Positions 1 to 8,999 of a DNA stretch of 53,059 nucleotides are shown in pieces (the first letter of the stretch is position 1; each line of letters opens with the position of its first letter). A program made the position numbers and the translations under genes. The notes beneath the pieces are model-generated. The model had not been told where the DNA came from, made no database searches, and saw only the letters and a program-made list of their open reading frames with translations. This DNA is from Candidatus Doudnabacteria bacterium (GTDB taxonomy: Bacteria; Patescibacteriota; Doudnabacteria; UBA920), in the NCBI GenBank assembly GCA_903908535.1, contig CAIVSE010000033.1, positions 1-53,059 of the forward strand, written 5' to 3'.

Positions 1-2
1 TA

Positions 3-2081
3 AAAAGCAGCTACAGCGAATTGGCCAAAAGGTTAAAATTAAAAAATGTGGACGTGGCTGTAAGGTCCAGTGCCACGGCCGAAGATTTGCCCAACGCCAG
101 TTTTGCCGGCCAGCAGGAAAGCTATTTGAATATTGTCGGCGAGTACCAGCTGCTGGAAGCCATAAAAAAATGCTTTTCATCTTTATTTACCAACCGCGCC
201 ATTTCTTACCGCGTGGACCAAAAGTTTGACCATTTTAAAATTGCGCTCTCGGCCGCGGTGCAAAAAATGGCCAGGTCAGATAAAGGCGCCAGCGGAGTGA
301 TGTTTACCCTGGATACCGACACCGGCTTCCGCGAAGTGGTACTGATTAATGCCGCTTACGGTTTGGGCGAATTTGTGGTCAAAGGAATTATCACGCCGGA
401 CGAATATATGGTTTTTAAGCCCACGCTAAAAAAGGGTTTTGCCTCGGTGGTATCCAAACAGCTGGGCAGCAAGGAAAAAAAATTAATTTACGCCAGCGAG
501 GGTGTAATCCCGACCAGGGAAGTGCCGGTGCCGGAAGCCGAGCGTCACGCTTTTGTGCTGTCCGACGCGCAGATTGTGCAGTTGTCACGCTGGGGCGTAA
601 TTATAGAGGAGCATTACGGCCGGCCCATGGACATAGAATGGGCTTACGACGGCCAAATTAACCAGTTGTACATTGTCCAGGCCAGGCCGGAAACCGTGCA
701 GGCGCGCAAAGACCAAAATGTTTTGGAAGAATACGTACTGGAAGAAAAAGGCGGCAAGATTTTGGCGCACGGGGCAGCAGTAGGGGCAAAAATTGGCCAG
801 GGCAACGCCCATTATATAAAAGATGCCTCGCAGATTTCCGAGTTTAACAAAGGCGAAGTCTTAATTACCGAAATTACAGATCCTGACTGGGAGCCGATTA
901 TGAAGATGGCCTCGGCCATTGTCACTAACGCCGGCGGCCGGACTTCCCATGCCGCCATTGTCAGCCGCGAACTGGGGATTCCGGCCGTGGTTGGCTGCGG
1001 CGATGCCACTAAAGTTATCAAAACCGGACAGCCGGTTACGGTGAGCTGCAGCGAAGGCGAAGACGGCCGGGTTTATGACGGCCTGCTGAAATTTACCATC
1101 AACCGCCATGACTTAAAAGATTTTAAACAGCCTAAAACTGAAATTAAAATGATAGTGGCTGACCCGGATTTGGTGTTTGGTTATTCATTTATCCCCAATA
1201 AAGGCGTGGGTTTGGCGCGCGAGGAATTTATCATTTCCAATTACATCAAGGTTCACCCTAATGCTTTATTAAATTTTGATAAATTGCAGGATACCGGCTT
1301 AAAAAAACAGATTGAAGAATTAACGGTGGGTTATGACAGCAAAATAGATTTTTATGTGCATAAACTGGCTTACGGCATTGGAATACTCGCCGCGGCGTTT
1401 TATCCCAATGACGTCTTATTAAGGTTTTCCGACTTTAAGACCAATGAATACGCCAACTTAATTGGCGGCAAGGATTACGAACCGCACGAGGAAAACCCCA
1501 TGATAGGCTGGCGCGGGGCCAGCCGATATTACGACCCGAATTTCCGCGACGCTTTTGCCCTGGAATGCCGGGCCGTTAAAAAAGTCCGCGAGGAAATGGG
1601 GCTTACAAATTTGCAGACCATGATCCCGTTTTGCCGCACGCCGGAAGAAGGGCAAAAGGTTTTGGACGAAATGGCCAAGAACGGATTAAAGCGGGGCCAA
1701 AATAATTTGGAAGTTTGGGTGATGGCGGAAATTCCCTCCAACATTTTGCAGGTGGAAGATTTTGCCGCTATTTTTGACGGCTTCTCTATTGGCTCCAACG
1801 ACTTAACACAACTGACCTTGGGGCTGGACCGGGATTCTAAACTGGTGGCGCATATTGGCAATGAAAAGAATAAGTCAGTATTAACCTTAATTCATAACTT
1901 GATTCAAAAAGCCCACAAAGCCGGACTCAAAGTCGGCATTTGCGGCCAGGGACCCAGCGACTTCCCGGAACTGGGCGAGTTTTTGGTTAAAGAGGGGATA
2001 GATTCCATTTCCTTAAATCCGGATACAGTGCTTAAGGCTACAGTTCAGATTCAGAAAGTGGAAGACGGGTTAAAAAGGTAA
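3..2081 (+). CDS. ppsA: Phosphoenolpyruvate synthase (pyruvate, water dikinase), 5'-truncated by the window edge
   Basis: The frame is open back to position 3. It contains VRSSATAEDLPNASFAGQQ, the phospho-His swivel motif GGRTSHAAIVSRELGIPAVVG and a C-terminal PEP-utilising domain (GSNDLTQLTLG). Confidence 0.92.
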   Translation, partial: KSSYSELAKRLKLKNVDVAVRSSATAEDLPNASFAGQQESYLNIVGEYQLLEAIKKCFSSLFTNRAISYRVDQKFDHFKIALSAAVQKMARSDKGASGVMFTLDTDTGFREVVLINAAYGLGEFVVKGIITPDEYMVFKPTLKKGFASVVSKQLGSKEKKLIYASEGVIPTREVPVPEAERHAFVLSDAQIVQLSRWGVIIEEHYGRPMDIEWAYDGQINQLYIVQARPETVQARKDQNVLEEYVLEEKGGKILAHGAAVGAKIGQGNAHYIKDASQISEFNKGEVLITEITDPDWEPIMKMASAIVTNAGGRTSHAAIVSRELGIPAVVGCGDATKVIKTGQPVTVSCSEGEDGRVYDGLLKFTINRHDLKDFKQPKTEIKMIVADPDLVFGYSFIPNKGVGLAREEFIISNYIKVHPNALLNFDKLQDTGLKKQIEELTVGYDSKIDFYVHKLAYGIGILAAAFYPNDVLLRFSDFKTNEYANLIGGKDYEPHEENPMIGWRGASRYYDPNFRDAFALECRAVKKVREEMGLTNLQTMIPFCRTPEEGQKVLDEMAKNGLKRGQNNLEVWVMAEIPSNILQVEDFAAIFDGFSIGSNDLTQLTLGLDRDSKLVAHIGNEKNKSVLTLIHNLIQKAHKAGLKVGICGQGPSDFPELGEFLVKEGIDSISLNPDTVLKATVQIQKVEDGLKR

Positions 2082-2106
2082 TTAACAACATCGCCCACAA
2101 CCTTAA

Positions 2107-2140
2107 AGGCAGCAGCTGAACTTCAGCCGCTGCCTTTTTT
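2107..2140 (+). terminator. Rho-independent terminator after ppsA
   Basis: Hairpin AGGCAGCAGCTGAA-C-TTCAGCCGCTGCCT is followed by TTTTTT. Confidence 0.7.
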
Positions 2141-2147
2141 ATCTATT

Positions 2148-2417
2148 TTATATTCTTATTTTTTGGCAGCTTTCCATGTGCTCTTGCAGGGGAATGGCTA
2201 TAGTTTCCGCAATGTAGGCAGCCAGGGTTTCGGTCTGGTCTTCGGCGTATTCCTTAAGACTCTTTTCCATAGACACTAGATCATCCTTTGTGGCAAATGC
2301 TTTAAGATCATCCTTTGTGGCGTAAGGGACTAAGGCTGCTTTTAAGTCTTCCTTGGTCGCTACTTTGGCAAACCTTTTATCCAAAGCTTCTTCAAATTCA
2401 GTTAGGGTAATTTCCAT
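2148..2417 (-). CDS. Small helical protein of unknown function, paralog of 18290-18601
   Basis: An internal Met of the 152-aa track ORF was chosen because MEITLTEFEEALDKRF and the C-terminal EDQTETLAAYIAETIAIPLQEHMESCQKIRI align with the 18290-18601 product. The longer ORF would run through the tRNA-Ser gene. Confidence 0.65.
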   Translation of the reverse strand: MEITLTEFEEALDKRFAKVATKEDLKAALVPYATKDDLKAFATKDDLVSMEKSLKEYAEDQTETLAAYIAETIAIPLQEHMESCQKIRI

Positions 2418-2486
2418 ACAATGGATTATTAATAATAAATCAATAATGCCATATAGGCGAGCAAATACATCGACCTTGATTCTTAA

Positions 2487-2515
2487 ACAATAACTCCTGG
2501 ATTTTTTACTGTCAA
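2487..2515 (-). promoter_or_regulatory. Sigma70-like promoter of 2148-2417 (TTGACA-17 nt-TATTGT on the minus strand)
   Basis: The minus strand reads TTGACAgtaaaaaatccaggagtTATTGT. The same arrangement is conserved upstream of the paralog at 18668-18696. Confidence 0.5.
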
Positions 2516-2564
2516 ATTGTGGACAAGTGTATACAAAAAAACCCGACATTATGTCTGGCTTTTT

Positions 2565-2654
2565 TGGCGGAGAGAGGGGGATTCGAACCCCCGAGGGCTT
2601 TGACACCCTGCGCGCTTTCCAAGCGCGTGCACTCGACCACTATGCGACCTCTCC
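2565..2654 (-). tRNA. tRNA-Ser (anticodon GGA), CCA encoded
   Basis: The reverse complement GGAGAGGTCGCATAGTGGTCGAGTGCACGCGCTTGGAAAGCGCG...GGGGGTTCGAATCCCCCTCTCTCCGCCA folds as a cloverleaf. It has a long variable arm, the anticodon loop TTGGAAA and a GGGGG/CCCCC T-stem. Confidence 0.9.
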
Positions 2655-2871
2655 TCGTCGCAATCGGCTTTACCTTCGTATCCTGCTAACGCAGGCTACT
2701 GCGGTAAGCCTATTGCTCCTCTCCCCAAATTTTCATCGCAAAATCTTGGCGGTAAAATTTGGGGACCCCCATTTACCTGGTTATTCTACCAGAAATCAGG
2801 TTTGCTATCAATAGACCTTTTCTGTTACATTTAGGGTAGCTTAGCGTCTATATTCTATAATAAAGTCTCTC

Positions 2872-3068
2872 GTACAGACCTTAATTTTTTATACCGCGGC
2901 CGGCGATTGGCAGTTGTCAGACCATAACTTTGGCCAAAAAGCTTGGCCTTTTACGCCAGTAAAAGTTTTTGGACAAAGTTTTGAGTGAGGTTTTCCGCAG
3001 GAGAAAACCGAACGTGTCTGGCAATCTGCCAACGTTGGACGGACTAAAAAAATTAACGGTCTGTACAG
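2872..3068 (-). repeat. Nested-hairpin intergenic element, copy 1 (TTAA-type termini)
   Basis: The reverse complement aligns with the 13645-13830 copy (..ACGTTCGGTTTTCTCCTGCGGAAAACCTCACTC..TTTGTCCAAAAA..GCTTTTTGGCCAAAGTTATGGTCTG..). An outer inverted repeat GTACAGACC..TTAA / TTAA..GGTCTGTAC bounds it. Confidence 0.8.
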
Positions 3069-3152
3069 ATATAATTTTATGCCTGACCAAACCCTGCAAG
3101 CCGAACCAGTCGCTTCGCTCCGGTCCGGGGCAGGCCGGCTTAAATCTTATTT

Positions 3153-4880
3153 ATGGACAACACTCTACAGGATATAAAAGATAGATTAAACATTGCCGAT
3201 GTCTTAAGCGGATACATCCAGCTCAAAAAGAGCGGGGCCAATTTTAAGGCGGTCTGCCCGTTCCATAACGAAAAATCGCCGAGTTTAATGGTCTCCACCC
3301 AAAAGCAAATTTGGCACTGTTTTGGCTGTGGCGAGGGTGGGGATATTTTTGGGTTCGTGATGAAGTACGAAAATTTGGAATTCCGCGACGCTTTAAAATT
3401 GTTGGCCGACAAGGCCGGCGTCAAATTGCCTTCATTCCGTCCCAGGGACAAAAATGTAATAGATAAGGAAGAGCAATTGTATAAGATAAATGACTTTGCC
3501 GCGCGTTTTTATCACGAAATTTTGATTAAGGGCAAATTGGCCGCGCCCAGGGAGTACCTAAAAAAAAGGGGCCTGGCCCCTTTAATCATCACGCAATGGC
3601 AAATTGGTTTTGCGCCCGAAGGTTTCCATACGCTGGAACAGGTTTTAGTGAAAAAGAAAGTCGCGTTAAGCGATTTAGTCGCAGCCGGCGTGAGCGCTAA
3701 AAACGAGCGGGGGCAAATTTATGATAGGTTCCGCGGCCGCATCACCTTCCCTATTTTTAATTCCGTAGGTAATATTGTGGGGTTTTCAGCCAGGATTTTG
3801 ATGGATGATGGCAAAAGCGCTAAGTATATTAATTCCCCCGAAACCGCCATCTATAATAAAAGTAAAGTTTTGTTTGGTTTTAATTTCGCGCGCACGGAAA
3901 TTCGCCAAAAAGACGAGGTTATAGTGGTGGAAGGGCAGATGGACTGTATTGCCTGCCATCAGGCCGGTTTTAAAAATGTGGTGGCCAGCAGCGGCACGGC
4001 TTTAACCGCCGAGCAGTTAACCATAATCGGCCGCTTTACCAAAAACGTGAAGTTTTGTTTTGACGCTGATGCTGCCGGTTTAATGGCCACGCGCCGGGCC
4101 GTGGAAAATGCCCTGGCCCAGGGTTTTACCATTAAAATTTTAAGCCTCATAGGCGCCAAAGACGCGGATGAATTGATAAAAAAAGACGCCAAAGAATTCG
4201 CCCGCCAGGCCGCGGCTGCCCCGCTGTTTTTAGATTTTTATATTGCCAAACAATTTAGTGATTTTAACCAGTCCATTAGCGATAAAAAACGGGTGGAAGC
4301 CGAACTTCTGCCGTTGCTGAATTTATTGACGGATCCATTGGAATTGGACCATTATTTAAGGATTGTGGCGGAAAAATTGGGCACTACGCCGCACGTGCTG
4401 CTGGAAACTTTGCATAAGCTGAAAAAGGGGCCGGGAGCCGTTTTTGTGGTTGCTTCCAAAAACGCTCCCCAACTTCGTCAAGACTACGTAGGGCAAGCTG
4501 ACCCCGTTTCCCCAAACGCTTTAGAAAAGCAAATTTTGGGCGGCATACTTTTATATCCGGAATTCCGGCAACTGGCCATGGACGAAGGCGTGGCCAAAAG
4601 CCTGCCGTATAATATTGACGGTGAAAATTTCCTTGCCAAAGAATGCATTTTTATGGTAGAATCACAACTAGCAGAGCTGGGCAATGATGAAGCTATGATT
4701 AGGGAACTAAAAAAATCTTTGGCCCAGTTAAAATTGGTTTCAATTAAGGAACAGCAAAAAAAACTCACGGATGAAATTCGGAAGGCTGAATCCCAAAAAG
4801 ATAGCCCGAAGTTATTGGAGTTGAATAAACAATTTATGGTATTGAATGCCAAAAGGCTGGAGCTGGAAAAATTACTTTAA
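3153..4880 (+). CDS. dnaG: DNA primase
   Basis: It has the zinc-finger motif CPFHNEKSPSLMVSTQKQIWHCFGCGEGGD and a TOPRIM region (VIVVEGQMDCIA). Confidence 0.93.
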   Translation: MDNTLQDIKDRLNIADVLSGYIQLKKSGANFKAVCPFHNEKSPSLMVSTQKQIWHCFGCGEGGDIFGFVMKYENLEFRDALKLLADKAGVKLPSFRPRDKNVIDKEEQLYKINDFAARFYHEILIKGKLAAPREYLKKRGLAPLIITQWQIGFAPEGFHTLEQVLVKKKVALSDLVAAGVSAKNERGQIYDRFRGRITFPIFNSVGNIVGFSARILMDDGKSAKYINSPETAIYNKSKVLFGFNFARTEIRQKDEVIVVEGQMDCIACHQAGFKNVVASSGTALTAEQLTIIGRFTKNVKFCFDADAAGLMATRRAVENALAQGFTIKILSLIGAKDADELIKKDAKEFARQAAAAPLFLDFYIAKQFSDFNQSISDKKRVEAELLPLLNLLTDPLELDHYLRIVAEKLGTTPHVLLETLHKLKKGPGAVFVVASKNAPQLRQDYVGQADPVSPNALEKQILGGILLYPEFRQLAMDEGVAKSLPYNIDGENFLAKECIFMVESQLAELGNDEAMIRELKKSLAQLKLVSIKEQQKKLTDEIRKAESQKDSPKLLELNKQFMVLNAKRLELEKLL

Positions 4881-4903
4881 AGGCATAATATATTTTAATT
4901 TTC

Positions 4904-6172
4904 ATGAAGAAAAAAAGCCATAAGCACAAGGTAAAATTCGGCGGATCCGGATCCCGCTCCGCGGGAAAACCGCAGAAGAAGAAAATTAAACCCGCCAAAA
5001 AACTGGCCAAAAAGCGGGCGTCTTTAAAGGCGAAATTTACCGCGCCGCAGAGTTTGGAAGAATTGTCCGGCGCCAACGCGGTGTTAAAAAAATTGGTGGA
5101 TATTGCCAGCGAACGCGGATTTGTTACCGAGGCCGAGCTTATGCACGCCCTGCCGAATTTTGAAGACGACGTGGTCGCCCTGGAACGGGTGATGGACGAG
5201 CTGGAAAAGCGCGGCATAGAAATTGTCGACCAGGAAGTGGCCAGCGTCTGGGAGCAGAACAAAAAGCCGGAAGTTACGGAAATTGTGGTTAAAGGCAAAA
5301 AGAAAAAAGTCGAAGACATGGTGGATGCTTTTGACCTGGGTGATATTTACGACGACTCCATCCAAATGTATCTGCGGGAAATCGGCAAGGTCCCGTTAAT
5401 TACCGGTGCCGAAGAAATCGAACTGGCCAAGCGCATTGGCAAGGGTGATGTTTCGGCGCGCAAAAAATTGACCGAAGCCAACCTGCGTTTGGTGGTGAGC
5501 ATTGCCAAGAAGTATATGGGCCGCAATTTGGGGCTTTTGGATTTAATTCAGGAAGGCAACTTGGGTTTGTTCCGGGCTGTGGAAAAATTTGACTGGCGCA
5601 AAGGTTATAAATTTTCCACTTACGCCACCTGGTGGATCCGCCAGGCCATTACCCGCGCGTTAGCTGACCAGTCGCGCACTATCCGCATCCCGGTCCACAT
5701 GGTGGAAACCTTAAACAAGTATGCCCAGGCCGAGCGCCAGCTGGTGCAGGATTTAGGCCGCGAACCTTTGCCCGAAGAAATCGCCGCCGAGATGGGCATA
5801 GAGGTGGAAAAGGTCTATCATTTAAAAAAGATTTCCCAGGAAACGGTGTCCATAGATTCTCCGGTAGGGGAAGACGAAGGCGAAGATTCTTCACTGGGGG
5901 ATTTTATTGTGGATGAAGACACCACCAAGCCCAACGAAATGGCCGGCCGGCAGATTTTAAAGGAATACGTGGGTAATATTTTAAAGGATTTAGACCCCAG
6001 GGAGCAGAAAATTCTGCGCATGCGGTTTGGGCTGGAAGACGGCGTCACCCACACTTTGGAAGAAGTCGGCGAGGAATTTGGCGTGACCCGAGAACGTATA
6101 AGGCAAATTGAAAGCAAGGCTTTGGAACGCATAAGGGAGCATATTGACATTAACAAGTTAAGAGATTACTAA
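4904..6172 (+). CDS. rpoD: RNA polymerase sigma-70 factor
   Basis: Region 2 ([13 protein letters not shown]), region 3 and region 4 ([24 protein letters not shown]) are present, preceded by a basic N-terminal extension. Confidence 0.93.
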   Translation: MKKKSHKHKVKFGGSGSRSAGKPQKKKIKPAKKLAKKRASLKAKFTAPQSLEELSGANAVLKKLVDIASERGFVTEAELMHALPNFEDDVVALERVMDELEKRGIEIVDQEVASVWEQNKKPEVTEIVVKGKKKKVEDMVDAFDLGDIYDDSIQMYLREIGKVPLITGAEEIELAKRIGKGDVSARKKLTEANLRLVVSIAKKYMGRNLGLLDLIQEGNLGLFRAVEKFDWRKGYKFSTYATWWIRQAITRALADQSRTIRIPVHMVETLNKYAQAERQLVQDLGREPLPEEIAAEMGIEVEKVYHLKKISQETVSIDSPVGEDEGEDSSLGDFIVDEDTTKPNEMAGRQILKEYVGNILKDLDPREQKILRMRFGLEDGVTHTLEEVGEEFGVTRERIRQIESKALERIREHIDINKLRDY

Positions 6173-6393
6173 CTCCGGCGTCACTATATGTGTATTCACT
6201 AATTAAGAAAGGAATACACGGATGTCTAGTTTGTACCGCGGGAGTGCTTTTAAGCTTCCGGCGAACATCCTTAAAGGCGGTTAAGCCTTTTTGCTTCGGC
6301 ATCAATAATAAGAACAGTTTCGCCATGAACAAAAGCACCCCCTAAAAGCAGCCCACTCCATTAAGGACACGGCTGCTTTTGTTATAGCTTTAA

Positions 6394-6575
6394 TTTTCCT
6401 CTAGCACCTCGCCGACTTGTTTTTCAGAACACGTTCGAATTTTCCCAGCGAAAATTCTCACTCCGCTTTCAGCCCAAAAACTTTTTGACTTTCAGTCAAA
6501 AAGACCGGGCTTTTTGGGCTGAAAGAGGGTTCTAAAAAACAAGTACGGCTCGGCCTATTATTGGGAAAATGAAGG
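6394..6575 (+). repeat. Nested-hairpin intergenic element, copy 2
   Basis: Layout: TTTTCCTC..CCTCGCCG / ACTTGTTTTTCAGAAC / ACG / GAATTTTC-CCAGC-GAAAATTC / CTTTCAGCCCAAAAA / CTTTTTGACT-TTC-AGTCAAAAAG / ACC / GCTTTTTGGGCTGAAAG / GTTCTAAAAAACAAGT / CGGCTCGGCC..GGGAAAATGAAGG. Confidence 0.85.
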
Positions 6576-6600
6576 CTAAAAAAAATAGTGCCAGGAACAA

Positions 6601-7143
6601 TTAAGTTTCCAGGCACTTTTCAGTCAGGGGGTTGATTTGCTTTATGCTGTCGAATCCCTGGTCGAGACTTACCGGTTGTGACTGACAATATTTATAATGA
6701 TCATAGTAGGAGTGAATGTGGCTTTGTAGACAGATTTTTTTCCATTTGTCCTTATGCTGTCCAAAATCCGGCTGTTCCCGTTTGAACCACCATTTTAAGC
6801 AAATTTTCCGTGGGGTGGCAAAGTGCCATGCTTCAATGATTTCCGCCCCCAGAGAGCGAAGTTTGGCGGTAATTTCCCTGCGATCATATTCGTGGTTGTT
6901 CCAGGTGTCGAGAATAACAGTCGTGCTGTTTTTTTGCAGACATTCGGCCACTCTTTTCCACATGAGCTCAAGGCCAACCAAATGACCTCCTGTATATTTA
7001 TCCAGCCATGGTGTGCCGTAGAGTTCGTTTAAAATGGCGTCCCTGCTGATTAAAACTATTTCCGGATGAGCGGCAACAACTTTTTGGCAGTAAGTGGACT
7101 TGCCGGCGCATTGCGGGCCAACAGTTAATAGTACGCGTCTCAT
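6601..7143 (-). CDS. P-loop NTPase/kinase-like protein (AAA_33-like)
   Basis: An N-terminal Walker A motif (GPQCAGKST) in a ~180-aa protein gives the overall look of small nucleotide/polynucleotide kinases. The family assignment is approximate. Confidence 0.6.
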   Translation of the reverse strand: MRRVLLTVGPQCAGKSTYCQKVVAAHPEIVLISRDAILNELYGTPWLDKYTGGHLVGLELMWKRVAECLQKNSTTVILDTWNNHEYDRREITAKLRSLGAEIIEAWHFATPRKICLKWWFKREQPDFGQHKDKWKKICLQSHIHSYYDHYKYCQSQPVSLDQGFDSIKQINPLTEKCLET

Positions 7144-7240
7144 AAACCCCCTTTAAATTGAAGCTGTAGTATACCAATAAATGGGATGGTTGTCCAGAGT
7201 TACTCTTGACTCTTAGTAAACAAACGTATACCATAAAATT

Positions 7241-8398
7241 ATGGATACCGAGCCCTTGGCTAATAAAATAAGGCCGCAGAATTTACAGGATTTTGCCGGG
7301 CAGGAGCATTTGGTGGGGCCGGGCAAGCCTTTGAGGGTGGCTATTGAACAAAAGCATTTGTTCAGTTTTTTGCTGTGGGGGGCGCCCGGAGTGGGGAAGA
7401 CGACTTTGGCCAGGATGTATGCCAAGGCAGTTAATGCCGAATATTTTGAACTTTCGGCAGTATCTGCCGGCAAAGATGACATCCGCAAAATTGTGGACCG
7501 GCCTTCCATGCTCGGCCAGCCTAAGATATTGTTTTTGGACGAAATTCACCGTTTTAATAAAGCCCAGCAGGATTATCTTTTGCCTTTTGTGGAAACCGGC
7601 AAGCTTTATTTAATCGGGGCGACAACAGAAAATCCATCCTTTGAAGTCATCCCGGCCCTGCTTAGCCGCTGCCGCGTTTTTACCTTGAGTGAGCTGACGG
7701 ATGAAGATATTAAAAAAATTATCATCCGCACCGGTTTTAAGCTAAAAAAAGACGCGCGTGACTGGCTGGTTAAAATGGCCAACGGCGACGCCCGGCAGGT
7801 TATTAGTATGATAGAAAACACGGCGCGGCTGTATAATCAGGTCACAGTAAAAACTCTAACCGATACTTTGCAGTCAAAATTTTTGCGTTATGATAAACAG
7901 GGCGAAGAGCATTACAATATTATTTCCGCTTTTATTAAATCTATGCGCGCCAGCCAGCCGGATGCGGCTTTATATTATCTGGCCAGGATGGTGGAGGCGG
8001 GGGAAGACCCATTATTTATTGCTCGCCGGATGGTGGTATTTGCCAGCGAAGATATTGGCCTGGCCCAGCCCACGGCGTTAGTTGTGGCCAATGCTGTGTT
8101 TCGCGCCTGCGAAACCATTGGCTACCCGGAATGCGGCATTAACCTGGCCCATGGTGTGGCCTATTTGTGCCAATGCAAAAAAGACCGCAGCAGCTATAAT
8201 GCCTATCAGGCCGCGCTGTCTGATGTCAAAGATCTGGGAAATTTACCGGTACCGCTAAAAATCCGCAACGCGCCCACTAAACTAATGAAGGATTTGCAGT
8301 ACGGTAAGGGTTACGAAAAATATGACAGCGAAAGTTATCTTCCAGACAAAATTAAAGGGAAGAAATATCTTAAAAACCCAAAGCTTCCTTTGCAATAA
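7241..8398 (+). CDS. rarA: Replication-associated recombination protein A (AAA+ ATPase)
   Basis: It contains IRPQNLQDFAGQEHL, Walker A GAPGVGKTTLA, Walker B LFLDEIHRFNK and the MgsA C-terminal region (YYLARMVEAGEDPLFIARR). Confidence 0.9.
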   Translation: MDTEPLANKIRPQNLQDFAGQEHLVGPGKPLRVAIEQKHLFSFLLWGAPGVGKTTLARMYAKAVNAEYFELSAVSAGKDDIRKIVDRPSMLGQPKILFLDEIHRFNKAQQDYLLPFVETGKLYLIGATTENPSFEVIPALLSRCRVFTLSELTDEDIKKIIIRTGFKLKKDARDWLVKMANGDARQVISMIENTARLYNQVTVKTLTDTLQSKFLRYDKQGEEHYNIISAFIKSMRASQPDAALYYLARMVEAGEDPLFIARRMVVFASEDIGLAQPTALVVANAVFRACETIGYPECGINLAHGVAYLCQCKKDRSSYNAYQAALSDVKDLGNLPVPLKIRNAPTKLMKDLQYGKGYEKYDSESYLPDKIKGKKYLKNPKLPLQ

Positions 8399-8999
8399 TT
8401 ACCAGGATTTTCCGGCCCATAGCGGTAAGTTCTTTGTGGAGAATGAGAGTTTTGGCGTGCAGGGTGCCGGCCGCGCCGGTAGATTTCATGCGGGCGTCTT
8501 CCAAGGGTACTACGTATTCTTCAATGCGCTGGAAACCTTGCTTTAAATCCGTCACAATTTTTTGCGCGCCAACAACCAAAATAATATTCGGTGAGGTAAA
8601 GGCCAGGTGAGGGAGTTGGCTGCCGCTGGCCGAAGCAAACATTAATTGCCCGTCTTGGGTTACGGCATGGGAGCTGCCTAAATAGTAGTCGGACAATTCA
8701 GCCTGTTTGCGTAAAGCGGCCTGTTTGGTTTTGTCGGTTTCGGCCAAAATTTTGGCATGCAGGTTGTCCCAGCCATGCTGCCCGGAGCTTAAAAATTCAA
8801 TGAAGCCAATTTCCTGCAGGGTCCGTGACGAACCGTTCATGACCGAAGCTCCCCGGGGAATAAGCTCTTTAATTTTTTCCAGCGCCTGCTGCCCGGTTTC
8901 CACTATTACGCTGTCAAAATTATTGTTTTTTAGGGCGATGGCGGTTTTGTTTATGGCCTCTTCGGAGGCCGGAGTATTATATGGCATATGTTTAGGCAT
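8370..8999 (-). CDS. LUD-domain (lactate-utilisation LutC/YkgG-like) protein
   Basis: Length and motifs recalled for DUF162/LUD proteins are present (GSSRTLQEIG..., HAVTQDGQLMFASASGSQLP, IILVVGAQKIV). It overlaps the arsR-like stop by 8 nt, which suggests an operon. Confidence 0.6.
   Translation of the reverse strand: MPKHMPYNTPASEEAINKTAIALKNNNFDSVIVETGQQALEKIKELIPRGASVMNGSSRTLQEIGFIEFLSSGQHGWDNLHAKILAETDKTKQAALRKQAELSDYYLGSSHAVTQDGQLMFASASGSQLPHLAFTSPNIILVVGAQKIVTDLKQGFQRIEEYVVPLEDARMKSTGAAGTLHAKTLILHKELTAMGRKILVIIAKEALGF

Noticed and set aside
2527-2814. 95-aa plus-strand ORF, and the long form (to 2606) of the minus-strand 152-aa ORF
   Set aside because: Both are translated through the tRNA-Ser gene. 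The paralog alignment supports the short start at 2417.
6150-6338. 62-aa minus-strand ORF downstream of rpoD
   Set aside because: It overlaps the rpoD 3' end, has no RBS or motif, and the region is better explained by two terminator-like hairpins (about 6190-6221 and 6345-6382).
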